64,000 nt of DNA from Mobula hypostoma (Eukaryota): assembly GCF_963921235.1 (NCBI RefSeq), contig NC_086097.1:8742001-8806000 (forward strand), in the 5' to 3' direction. This document shows positions 1-11,134 of this stretch, one piece after another. Position numbers and translations under genes: made by a program. Within the stretch, counting starts at the first letter, position 1; every line of letters begins with the position of its first letter. The notes below the pieces were generated by a model. The model had not been told where the DNA came from. It saw only the letters and a list, made by a program, of their open reading frames with translations, and did not search any database.

Positions 1-135
1 AAGATGTTGTTCCTCCAACCTGACTGTGGCTTCATCTTTACAATAGAGGAAGCCGTGGATAGACATGTCAGAATGGGAATGGGATGTGGAAGTAAAATGT
101 GTGGCCACTGGGAGATCCTGCTTTCTCTGGCGGAC
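1..135 (-). mobile_element. Penelope-like element fragment, C-terminal part of GIY-YIG endonuclease
   Basis: Minus strand translates RQRKQDLPVATHFTSTSHSHSDMSIHGFLYCKDEATVRLEEQHL, matching the PVAxHF...RLEEQHL end of PLE GIY-YIG domains; truncated by the window edge. Confidence 0.8.
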
Positions 136-137
136 AA

Positions 138-302
138 CCTTTGAAGAGTATTGATAATGGCTGAAGTCACCCTTATTGTAAAGACACTGCCCAGAAGAAG
201 GGGATGGTAAACCACTTCTGTAGAAAAATTGGCCAAGAACAATCATGATCATGAAAAGACCATGATTGCTCATGTCATACAACACTGCATATAATGAATG
301 AA
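138..302 (+). mobile_element. 3' part of RTE/BovB-like non-autonomous retroposon
   Basis: Homologous to 18880-19030; contains GAAGGGATGGTAAACCACTTC, resembling the BovB/Bov-A 5'UTR motif. Confidence 0.6.
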
Positions 303-411
303 CTATTTTAAGTAGGAGAACGGAGAACCCCCCTACTTAAAAATACACCGATGGTGGGTATTGTTCAACACATTAGCACGATATTCAACATGCAGTTCAT
401 ATGGTTGGTAT

Positions 412-702
412 TATTTTATTTATTTATTTACTTATTTATTTCGAGTTACATCACAGTTGGCACTTCTGGTCCAACGAGCCACACCTCACAGCAGGCCATT
501 GATTTAACATTGGCCTAATTACAGAGCAATTTACGATGATGAATTAATCTACTTACCAGTACAGCTTTGAACTGTAGGAGGAATCCCACATGATCACAGG
601 AAAAATGTACAAACTCCTGACAGATGGTCCTGGAATTGAACCCTGAACTCCAAAACAACCTTAGCTCTAATAGTATCACGCTAACTGCAACACTGCCGTG
701 GC
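412..702 (-). mobile_element. HE1-like V-SINE (tRNA head, CR1-type tail)
   Basis: Minus strand has A/B-box-like head (GGGTTCAATTCC), V-domain-like GGAGTTTGTAC, CR1-like tail and (TAAA)n end; homologous to 21441-22495, 52968-53212 and 57165-57450. Confidence 0.7.
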
Positions 703-981
703 TATGATTCATGGAAGTACTGCCTGAGTCTGTACTGCTATGCACTCTGATCTTCATAGAAATATTACGCTGGAGGTCTTATTTGTATTCCCAACAGAGC
801 AAGTAAGCTTCAGCATATGTCTCATCTGAAAGATAGGAAATGGGGTAATGGAAGGAGATAAAAAGCCATGATATGACACTCTATAATCAGAAATTACCTC
901 ATGCAGATTTATGGATAACAACACACGCAAAATGCTGGAGGAACTCAGCAAGTCAGGCTACATCTATGGAAATGAATGAAC

Positions 982-1017
982 AGTCGATGTTTCAGGCTGA
1001 GACCATTCTTCAGGACT
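982..1017 (-). ncRNA. Minimal type I hammerhead ribozyme motif, partly decayed
   Basis: Reverse complement AGTC-CTGAAGA-atggtctcagcct-GAAA-CA-TC-GACT: core boxes and stem I intact, stem II weakened. Confidence 0.6.
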
Positions 1018-1185
1018 GGAAAGGAAGGGGAAAGGCACTAGGACATAAAGGTGTGGGAGGAGAAGGAGGATAGTTAGAAGGTGTTGGGTGATCCCAGGTG
1101 GGTGGGAAAAGTACAGAGCTGGAGAGGAAGGAATCTGATAGGAGAGGAGAGGACCATCGAAACATGTGAATATGGATGGTGTTGT

Positions 1186-1496
1186 GGGCACGTGGCCAAG
1201 TGGTTAAGGCATTGGACTAGCGACCTGAAGGTCGTGAGTTCGAGCCCCAGCCGAGGCAACATGTTGTATCCTTGAGCAAGGCACTTAATCACGCATTGCT
1301 CTGCGACGACACTGGTGCCAAGCTGTATGGGTCCTGATGCCCTTCCCTTGGACAACATCGGTGTCGTGGTGAGGGGAGACTTGCAGCATGGGCAAATGCC
1401 GGTCTTCCATACAACCTTGGCCAGGCCTGCGCCCTGGAGAGTGAAGACTTTCCAGGCGCAGATCCATGGTCTCGCAAGACTAACAGATGCCTTTAA
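1186..1496 (+). mobile_element. tRNA-derived SINE with CORE-like domain and probable RTE-type tail
   Basis: A box TGGCCAAGTGG, B box GAGTTCGAGCC, CORE-like CCTTGAGCAAGGCACTTAA, tail CTCGCAAGACTAACAGATGCC; TTGTGGG recurs on both sides. Confidence 0.85.
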
Positions 1497-1843
1497 ATTT
1501 AATTGTACAGAAGCATATTTGTGGGTTCAGTTAGTGAAACAGCAGACACTGATTGTGGATAAGTACAGCAACTGTTTATTCACAAATAAGCGATAAAATA
1601 TTTCACTCACATGTAAGTCCAACAAGCATTCATCCAAGTACCCAGACTATAGAAACTACAACACTGAACACTCAATACACTTGTTAAATCTGTCCAAGTT
1701 ACACAACAAGATCAGGCAAACAATAAACAACTACTTAACTAGGTGTGAACTCGAAGCATGAGCCCTCCCCTGTTAACTGTAACACACCTTCCAAATCGTT
1801 TCTCCAGTGCTGCCTGCAGCTCACAGCCTGGAGTGGTTCAGGG

Positions 1844-2154
1844 TTTAAGGCATCCGTTAGTCTTGCGAGAGCATGTATCTGCACCTGGAAAGTCTTCACT
1901 CTCCAGGGCGCAGGCCTGGGCAAGGTTGTATGGAAGACCAGCAGTTGTCCATGCTGCAAGTCTCCCCTCTCCACGACACCAATGTTGTCCAAGGGAAGGG
2001 CATTAGGACCCATACAGCTTGGCACCAGTGTCGTCGCAGAGCAATGTGTGATCAAGTGCCTTGCTCAAGGATACAACACGTTCCCTCGGCTGGAGCTCGA
2101 ACTCACGACCTTCAGGTCGCTAGCCCAATGCCTTAACCACTTGGCCACATGCCC
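1844..2154 (-). mobile_element. Second full-length copy of the same tRNA-SINE, inverted
   Basis: Reverse complement is colinear with 1186-1496 over its whole length, with scattered substitutions. Confidence 0.85.
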
Positions 2155-3544
2155 AGCACATGTGCTTTCACCTTTATACGTCTGATGACTGGAAACCAGT
2201 CACAGATATTACAGCAAATGTTCTGGGACCAGAAACCAGCACAACAAGCTAACCAATGGGAAGGCAGCTACATACCTCAAGTGAGCCCATCATTGATGAG
2301 GGCAGTGGAAGTGACTTTCGGAACATATTCAATCAGCAAACAAGTTAACCTTCCACATTACAGATGGACACCAGGGGAAGGTGATAGACAGGTGAGGAGA
2401 AGCGATAAGTGGAGAAAAGAAGAGGGAAGAGGGAGGGGAAAAATAACTTACTTGAAGTTGAAATTGATATTCATGTCATCAGGCTGGAAGCCACCTAGAT
2501 GGAATATGAGGTTTATGGATATTTCACTTTGTGGATAAGAAATGTTATGATTAATGTGCAGCAGGTTCTAAACTCTAATAAGAAAGACAGTAACTCTACT
2601 ATAAAGAGAGTTACCAAGCTTCCTTCACTGATGGCTTAGTTGTTTCTTCTGATCCTGGTAAGATATAACCTCTTTTTCTCATGTTTTGCTCAGTAGCATG
2701 GCTAGGGAACCGAGAGTCTCGCAGATATAGAAATTCTTCCTGGTGATCGGAATGGACCTTGATGAGTCTGCCATTTTAATAAAGGGCATGAATAATGCAA
2801 AGCATGTTTTACCACAATTTATTGGGATGTTTACTTTTGTTTTCAGCTTCTCCCTGAGAGGTTTGTGAACTTACGGGGGAATTATATGAGAAGGGCTTTA
2901 ATGCAGAAGGAGAGCAAGTTAAAGAGAAGCTGAGCTTGTATCCTGATTGAAAGCAGATGTGTGAAAAGCTGTTTTCTTTATGTCCAGATTTCCATTAACC
3001 GAGGCTAGAAGGATGTTGAAGAAAAGAAATGACATTCTACATGCTGCCCTGCACTGATTGATAGAGGCACAACCGTGACACACAGGTGCTCCAAAGTAAC
3101 AACTAATCTGAGCATGTTTTACAAAATCATTCCTCGTTATGTTTTTTTAATATAGGCTGAGGGAGTATACTGCAGCTATGTGAATATAGAAGATATTAAT
3201 TCAAATGAGAACCAGTCTTCAGATCTTAATGCAGATTGCAAGCAGTGAAAGCATCACTTTGCACTGTGGAGCACCGGCTGGCCACAGACTAAGAGATATG
3301 GTTGGCAAAATGGTTCGCATACGCAGCAACCAAGCATTAGAGAATGGGGTCGTGTTAATTAGCTTGTATCACTCCAGGCCACCATGGGCAAAGTTCTTTG
3401 CACCATTGTGACTGAGTTCAAGCTAGCAGACCAGGCTGATGTCATTTATCACATCAAACATGGTCCCAGGATTAATTGCTATCAATAGCTGATGTATTGT
3501 GTACTCCTGCGTGGCAGAGTGAAGCATCTCCACCAAGGGAGATG

Positions 3545-6090
3545 TAAGACAAAGAAGAATTAGTGGATGTTGTGTACTTGGATTTTCAGAAGGCCTTTGA
3601 CAAGGTGCTAGACATGAGGCTGCTTAACAAGTAGGAGCACATGGCATTACAGGAAAGATACTAGCATGGATAAAGCAGTGGCCGATTGGCAAGAAGTTAA
3701 GAATGGGAATAAACAGGGCCTTTTCTGATCGGCTGACAGTGACTCGTGAAGTTCCACAGGGTTTTGTGCTGGGACCACATCTTTTTACATTACATGTCAA
3801 TGATTTGGATGATGGATTGATGGCTTTGTGGCCAAGTTTGTGGATGATGAAAAGATAGGTGGAGGGGCAGGTAGTTTTGAGGAAGCAGAGAGGCTACAGA
3901 AAGACTTCGACAGATTAGGGGATTGTCAAAGAAGTGACAGATGGAATACAGTGTCGGGAAGTGTATGTCATAGACATTGGTAGAAGAAATAAAAGCATGG
4001 ACTGTTTTATAAATGTAGAGAAAACCCCAAAATCTGAGGTTCAAAGGGACTTAAGCAGGATTTCCTAAAGGTTAATTTGCAGGTTGAGTCAGTGGTAAAG
4101 AAAGTAAGTGCAATGTCAGCATTCATTTCAAGAGCACCAGAATATAACAGCAAGGATGTAATGTTGAGACTTTATGAAGCATTGGTGAGGCCTCACTTGG
4201 AGTACACCCTATCCTCGTTATATACGGGGGATACGTTTTTCAAAGTCGACGCATAATGTGAAATTGCATAATGTGAATAATTATTTAAATAGAGAAAATA
4301 GGGATGCGTTCCAGAGTGCTTCCTAAATATGTTTTATCTGTAATTTATTCACATTTTTATACCAATATGACACAAAAGCAGTCTCACAAGACAGTATTTG
4401 TATTATATTTCATCAATTTAAGTTAATGTTCAATGTAATAAATTATAGAAAGTTAACATACGAGAGTGTACAGTACTCACCAACAGTGGCAGGTGTGTTC
4501 GCTCTGGGAGATAAGTGGTTGTTATGGTGTTGGGCAGCTTTACACGGATAAGGTGGATGGTTGTGGTCGTCAGGATAATATCAAGCACAGCAAAGGGTGA
4601 AGGAAGACTCACAGAACTCTTAGAACTGCCGGCAGCAGGAGATGACACCGATTGGAAGAAAGTGGTGAGGGTTGTTTGCTTGGCAGCATTTTGTTTTTCA
4701 GTACAAATTTGTTTGTAGGGAAGAAGGGTTGACAGCAGGGAATGACTGAAATGCTGACTCTGTTCTAATTTTGGGTCCATGTCCATCGCCATTTGCGCCA
4801 AGTGTTCCAACTTCCACTATTCCCTCACCGTTGGTAAACTCCCGAGATTTTCAAAATCATCTGTTGCTTACAGCATCTGAGAGATAGTTCGCCATAAAAA
4901 AATATGTACACCTTGAATGTGGATCACGCCTTGGTCGAGTGGTTGAATCAGCGATGTTGCGTTAGATGGCAGGAAATGCACTGTTATGTTAGGATGAACG
5001 CTGTTCAAATGTTTAGGATGGGCTGGCGCATTGTCAAGCAACAAAAGAACTTTGAAGGCAAGATTCTGTTCCCTGCAGTAGCGTCCCAGAGCTGTATTAC
5101 CTTCAGCTGATGCCGCGCTGTTTGTAATTGTTAAAGCGGTTCTCTGCTGCCCGGCTGATGGCCCAGGACATGACATCGGACGCTTAAGAGGCATAGTTAA
5201 ATATTTCAAGCACAAAATCACTGCACCATAGGTAAAACCAACAAAAGTTTAAAAGCGCAAGATCGCGCATCCACAACTTGCCAAAACCAATGTGAGACTG
5301 GCGGGATTGAGATTATGAGGCGCGCGCACCTCACTTGTATTGGCGGGAAAGCGGTGCTTCTCATCTGAACAGTGAGACTGTAAGGCGTGCGCACGTCACT
5401 TGTATTGGTGGGAAAGCAGTGCTCCTTGCATAACTGTGAGTTTTGGACGCGTATAAGGAGATGTTGGTAGAAATAGGTTCCTTGCAGAACTGTGAATCTG
5501 CATTGTCTGGAGACGCATATAACGAGGATAAGGGTGTATTGTGAGCAGTTTTGGGCTTCTTTTATAAGTAGGATGTACAGACATTGGAGAGGGATCAACA
5601 CGGTTCATGAGAATGATCCCTGGAATGAAGGAGTTAACATATGCAGGTTATTTGATGGCTTTGGGGTTCTTCTTACTGGAGCTTAGAAGAATGAAGAGAG
5701 ATCTCACAGAAACCTTTGTACGTTGAAAGGCTTCAATAGAACGGATGTGGAGATGATGTTTCCTACAGTAGGGATGTCTAGAACCAGATTTACAGCCTCA
5801 GAAGTGAGGGACAACCATTTAGAACAGAGCTGAGGACATTTTTCTTCAATGACAGGGTATAAATTTGTGGAATTCATTGCCATAGACAGCTGTGAGGCCA
5901 AGTCACTGAGTATATTTAAAGCAGAGATTGACAGGTTCTTGATTAGTAAGGGTATAAAAGATATATATGTGGAGAAGGCAGGAGAATGGGATTGAGAGGG
6001 ATAATAAATCAGCCTCCACGGAATGGCAGAGTAGACTCAATGGGCCGACTAACCTAATTCCGCTCCTATTCTAATCACCTTATAGTCTTA
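3545..6090 (+). mobile_element. Degraded CR1 LINE 3' portion (RT to 3'UTR), split by a Tigger element
   Basis: Remnants of VDVVYLDFQKAFDKV, VPQG.VLGP and K/FVDD motifs; CACTTGGAGTA|TTGTGAGCAG rejoins across 4205-5538; many stops and frameshifts. Confidence 0.9.
4205..5536 (-). mobile_element. Internally deleted Tigger/pogo DNA transposon
   Basis: TIRs CACCCT(T)ATCCTCGTTATAT(A/G)CG at both ends, TA duplication (4203-4204 / 5537-5538); ORF 4868-5221 carries DDE_1 motif [11 protein letters not shown]...[21 protein letters not shown] 4430-4810 carries Tigger-like C-terminus KQTTLTTFF. Confidence 0.92.
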
Positions 6091-6604
6091 TTAAGAACGA
6101 GTGGATCCTGGATCAGTCTCTACAGCCACCTGAGGACTCAGCAATAGACAACTCCTTAGAAGAAAGTCAAACCCTAGTCAAGTGTTCACACTACTTTGGT
6201 AATAAAGTTTCTTTGATTTGGAATTAATAGTGAAATGGCTTTGTAACTCTACAGTAGTGTACAGGGGATCTTGTCGCTGAGAGTTAATAAGGGGATCTCT
6301 GCAAGCTTAGTACCAGGCAGGGATAGCTGCAACCAATTCTTGATGACCAAAATGACATCTTGCAAATCTGATCAACAGCAACTACGTCTTAATCTCTTGG
6401 ACAGAAGTTTGCCATTATACATACAAGGTATAGACGGACTGTTCACAGCTCAACTTGTTCATAAAACTCTGAAGCCTGGCACAGCAAAAGGCTAACCTCC
6501 CTCTATACGTACAGAGCACATGTAGAGGAGAGATAAAGGGGGAAACAATCTAGATAAGGAACAGTTAAGTAATAATTGAAAAGTTTGGATCAAAGAGCAT
6601 TTGA

Positions 6605-9427
6605 CTCCTCTCTTGTGTGTCAATGCAAGGAGCATTCGTAATAAGGTGGATGAATTAAAAGTGCAGATTGTTATTAATGAATATGATATAGTTGGGATCA
6701 CAGAGACATGGCTCCAGGGTGACCAAGGATGGGAGCTCAACATTCAGGGATATTCAATATTCAGGAGGGATAGACAGGAAAGAAAAGGAGGTGGGGTGGT
6801 GTTGCTGGTTAGAGAGGAGATTAACGCAATAGAAAGGAAGGACATAAGCCCGGAAGATGTGGAATCGATATGGGTAGAGCTGCATAACACTAAGGGGCAG
6901 AAAACGCTGGTGGGAGTTGTGTACAGGCCACCTAACAGTAGTAGTGAGGTTGGGGATGGTATTAAACAGAAAATTAGAAATGTGTGCAATAAAGGAACAG
7001 CAGTTATAATGGGTGACTTCAATCTACATGTAGATTGGGTGAACCAAATTGGTAAGGGTGCTGAGGAAGAGGATTTCTTGGAATGTATGCAGGATGGTTT
7101 TTTGAACCAACATGTCGAGGAACCAACTAGAGAGCAGGCTATTCTAGACTGGGTATTGAGCAATGAGGAAGGGTTAATTAGCGATCTTGTCGTGAGAGGC
7201 CCCTTGGGTAAGAGTGACCATAATATGGTGGAATTCTTCATTAAGATGGAGAGTGACATAGTTAATTCAGAAGCAAAGGTTCTGAACTTAAAGAAGGATA
7301 ACTTTGAAGGTATGAGACGTGAATTAGCTAAGATAGACTGGCAAATGATACTTAAAAGGTTGACGGTTGATATGCAATGGCAAGCATTGAAAGATCGCAT
7401 GGATGAACTACAACAATTGTTCATCCCAGTTTGGCAAAATAATAAATCAAGGATGGTAGTGCACCCGTGGCTAACAAGGGAAATTAGGAATAGTATCAAT
7501 TCCAAAGAAGAAGCATACAAATTAGCCAGAAAAAGTGGCTCACCTGAGGACTGGGAGAAATTCAGAGTTCAGCAGAGGAGGACAAAGGGCTTAATTAGGA
7601 AGGGGAAAAAAGATTATGAGAGAAGACTGGCAGGGAACATAAAAACTGACTGTAAAAGCTTTTATAGATATGTGAAAAGAAAAAGCTTGCTTAAGACAAA
7701 TGTAGGTCCCCTACAGACAGAAACAGGTGAATTGATTATGGGAAGCAAGGACATGGCAGACCAATTGAATAATTACTTTGGTTCTGTCTTCACTAAGGAG
7801 GACATATATAATCTTCTGGAAATAGTAGGGGACAGAGGGTCCAGTGAGATGGAGGAACTGAGGGAAATACATGTTAGTAGGGAAGTAGTGTTAGGTAAAT
7901 TGAAGGGATTAAAGGCAGATAAATCCCCAGGGCCAGATGGTCTGCATCCCAGAGTGCTTAAGGAAGTAGCCCAAGAAATAGTGGATGCATTAGTGATAAT
8001 TTTTTAAAACTCTTTAGATTCTGGACTAGTTCCTGAGGATTGGAGGGTGGCTAATGTAAGCCCACTTTTTAAAAAAGGAGGGAGAGAGAAACCAGGGAAT
8101 TATAGACCGGTTAGCCTAACATCGGTGGTGGAGAAACTGCTAGAGTCAGTTATCAAAGATGTGATAACAGCACATTTGGAAAGCAGTGAAATCATCGGAC
8201 AAAGTCAGCATGGCTTTGTGAAAGGAAAATCATGTCTGACGAATCTCATAGAATTTTTTGAGGATGTAACTAGTAGAGTGGATAGGGGAGGACCAGTGGA
8301 TGTGGTATATTTGGATTTTCAAAAGGCTTTTGACAAGGTCCCACACAGGAGATTAGTGTGCAAACTTAAAGCACATGGTATTGGGGGATAAGGTATTGAT
8401 GTGGATAGAGAATTGGTTGGCAGACAGGAAACAAAGAGTGGGAATAAATGGGACCTTTTCAGAATGGCAGGCAGTGACTAGTGGGGTACCGCAAGGCTCA
8501 GTGCTGGGACCCCAGTTGTTTACAATATATATTAATGACTTGGATGAGGGAATTAAATGCAGCATCTCCAAGTTTGCAGATGACATGAAGCTGGGCGGCA
8601 GTGTTAGCTGTGAGGAAGATGCTAAGAGGATGCAGGGTGACTTGGATAGGTTAGGTGAGTGTGCAAAGTCATGGCAAATGCAATTTAATGTGGATAAATA
8701 TGAAGTTATCCACTTTGGTGGCAAAAACAGGAAAACAGATTATTATCTGAATGGTGGCTGATTAGGAAAAAGGGAGGTGCAACGAGACCTGGGTGTCATT
8801 ATACACCAGTCATTGAAAGTGGGCATGCAGGTACAGCAGGCAGTGAAAAAGGCAAATGGTATGCTGGCATTTATAGCGAGCGGATTCGAGTACAGGAGCA
8901 GGGAGGTACTACTGCAGTTGTACAAGGCCTTGGTGAGACCACACCTGGAGTATTGTGTGCAGTTTTGGTCCCCTAGGATGTCTGAGGAAAGACATCCTTG
9001 CCATAGAGGGAGTACAAAGAAGGTTCACCAAATTGATTCCTGGGATGGCAGGACTTTCATATGATGAAGGACTGGATGATCTAGGCTTATACTCGTTGGA
9101 ATTTAGAAGATTGAGGGGGGGATCTGATTAAAACGTATAAAATCCTAAAGGGATTGGACAGGCTAGATGCAGGAAGATTGTTCCCGATGTTGGGGAAGTC
9201 CAGAACGAGGGGTCACAGTTTGAGGATAAAGGGGAAGCCTTTTAGGACCGAGATTAGGAAAAACTTCTTCACACAGAGAGTGGTGAATCTGTGGAATTCT
9301 CTGGGTATGGAGGGAAGGCTAGTGCAGGGTTCTGAGTTGGATGATCAGCCATGATCATACTGAATGGCGGTGCAGGCTCGAAGGGCCGAATGGCCTACTC
9401 CTGCACCTGTTTTCTATGTTTCTATGT
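6605..9427 (+). mobile_element. CR1 LINE ORF2 remnant (APE endonuclease + RT), 5'-truncated and inactivated
   Basis: EN motifs NARSI, GITETWL, GVVYRPP, MGDFN, SDH; RT motifs KSPGPDG, NYRPVSLTS, YLDFQKAFDKV, GVPQGSVLGP, FADD. Stops at 8005 and 8759, frameshifts near 8385 and 8975, (TTTCTATG)n tail. Confidence 0.97.
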
Positions 9428-9496
9428 TTTTGATGTCACTTCAGAATGAAGCATGTTTATTGTGAAGGTAAACCCAAAGTCTGTTCAAATTCTCTC

Positions 9497-9730
9497 TGTT
9501 ATGTATTTAATATTTTAGTAATATCTGAGTAATTTTGTACAAATATATGTTAGTTGATTAAGTATTTTTGTTCACTTAAATAATTTATTGGGGGTTATAT
9601 GTACAAATACATTAATTACATTTGTCATCACACTACCACATGATACGTGTGTGCCTTGTTTAAAGGAAAGCATGGACTCTTGAGTCTCATTTTTTATTAT
9701 TATAATGTTTTGAAGTTATAAAGCATAACA
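9497..9730. mobile_element. Short solo-LTR-like element
   Basis: TGTTATG...CATAACA ends, near-perfect 5 bp TSD CTCTC/CTTTC; homologue at 19727-19964. Confidence 0.6.
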
Positions 9731-9937
9731 CTTTCCACGTACACGCTTGTGCCTCAATATTCCGGAAAGCTTTTAAAATTGTTTGTGAGACTTGGGAATA
9801 TCTGATGGTTCAAAGAAAATAATGAGTTTCAGGTTCATTCAGTGTCACATGTTGTACCTGTAGTTGCAATCGAAAGTTCAGGCAAGTCCACCCTTGGTTT
9901 GTAACACAGCAGTAAAATAGTCATAGAGCATGCAGAG

Positions 9938-10460
9938 ACAAACATTTCTACAGATGTACCATGAAGAGCATTCTAACTGGCTGTATCACCATCAGGTATG
10001 GGCTGGGGGCACCACACAGGATCGGATTAAGCTGCAGAGAGTTGTAAGTTTAGTCAGCTCCATCATGGGCACTATCCTCTGTGGTATCCAGGACACCTTC
10101 AGGGAGCGAAGCCTCAAGAAGGCTACGTTCATCACTAAGGACCCCCATCACCCAGATTGCGCTTTGTTCTCATTATTACTATCCGGAAGGAGGTACAGAA
10201 GCCTGAAGGCACATACTCAGTGATTCAGGAACAGCCTCTTTCCTCTGCCATCCAATTTCTGAATGGACATTGAACCCATGAACACTACTTCACAACTTTA
10301 TATCATTTTTTGCACTAATTTAATTTAACTTATATATATGTACTTACTGTAAATTACAGTTCTCTTCTCTATTATCATGTATTGCATTGTGCTGCTGTCA
10401 CTAAGTTAAAATATTTCACAACCCATGCTGGTGAGATTAAACTTGGTTCTCATTCTGATT
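9938..10460 (+). mobile_element. Rex1/Babar-type LINE 3' end
   Basis: Peptide KLQRVV...KDPHHP..ALFSLLLSGRRYRSL (C-terminal DUF1891-like region), followed by a 3'UTR with (CTGATT)-like tail. Confidence 0.8.
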
Positions 10461-11134
10461 TCCCCAAGTAAACCTTTTACATCATACAATTGAAGTGTGC
10501 TGAACTATAACATACAGAAGGACCAATGAATGTGAATGGTTCAGCTGTTATTGAGATAAAACAAACTGCTTTTCCATAAGCCAACTGTTAGTTGAGACTA
10601 TCAACCACAATTCAAATTATTCTTTGATCATAAAATGAGTACTTGGGAAAATTACACCCAGGAGGAAATTGCACTTAAGTGGAACAATATGCCTGAGCAT
10701 GTCTGTGTGTGCCCTGCATACCAGCATTCTCCTTTGAACAAAACGCTCGCACTAATATACCCACTAAGACATGTGTTGCACTTCACTGTTCTCCCCCACT
10801 TTGAGCAAGGCGCCTTCTGCAATTCAGTGAGCCATTCTGCTCCTGCAACATGTTTTCCTTAAAGTAGAAAAAAATTCCCTCTGGCCCTTTATTAGAAACA
10901 GAATCAGAATCAGGATTTTTTATCACTGACATATGCCATGAAGTTTGTGGTTTTGCGCAGTAGTACAGTGCAAGATATAAAAAAAACCTGTAACTTGCAA
11001 TATATTACCATAAATTATGTTTACTGTAATTGCAAATATATTGCTATAAATTACATTAAGAATATATGAATAAATAAGTAGTACTAAAAGAGAACAAAAT
11101 AATGATGTGATATTAGTTAAATTAAATTAGTGGG

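Larger units (their letters stand above)
1180..2362 (-). mobile_element. Solo LTR containing two SINE insertions
   Basis: TGTTGTGG...CCACATTACA ends, perfect 5 bp TSD GATGG (1175-1179 / 2363-2367), minus-strand TATAAAG (~2172) upstream of AATAAA (~1576). Confidence 0.7.
918..2512 (-). mobile_element. PLE 3' end (GIY-YIG C-terminus plus terminal repeat with hammerhead), interrupted by a solo LTR at 1180-2362
   Basis: Minus 2512-2460 encodes LIFHLGGFQPDDMNINF. Removing 1180-2362 restores colinearity with copies at 41129-41625 and 54180-54603. Confidence 0.8.

Noticed and set aside
1186..1260. tRNA-like sequence (also 2080-2154)
   Set aside because: SINE head: no complete acceptor stem, and it continues into the SINE body in both copies.
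2180..2205. CTGATGA followed by hairpin TGACTGG-AAA-CCAGTCA
   Set aside because: GAAA lies inside the loop rather than after stem II, and no stem I or NUH site exists; not a hammerhead.
6744..7520. 258 aa minus-strand ORF and similar antisense ORFs (8353-8724, 31037-31321, 50987-51415)
   Set aside because: Antisense shadows of CR1 ORF2 with no independent coding signal.
9930..10223. ALKBH8-like gene (DUF1891-type similarity; also 11373, 31822 and others)
   Set aside because: This region is the C-terminus of Rex/Babar LINE ORFs; copies here are multiple, truncated and followed by LINE tails.
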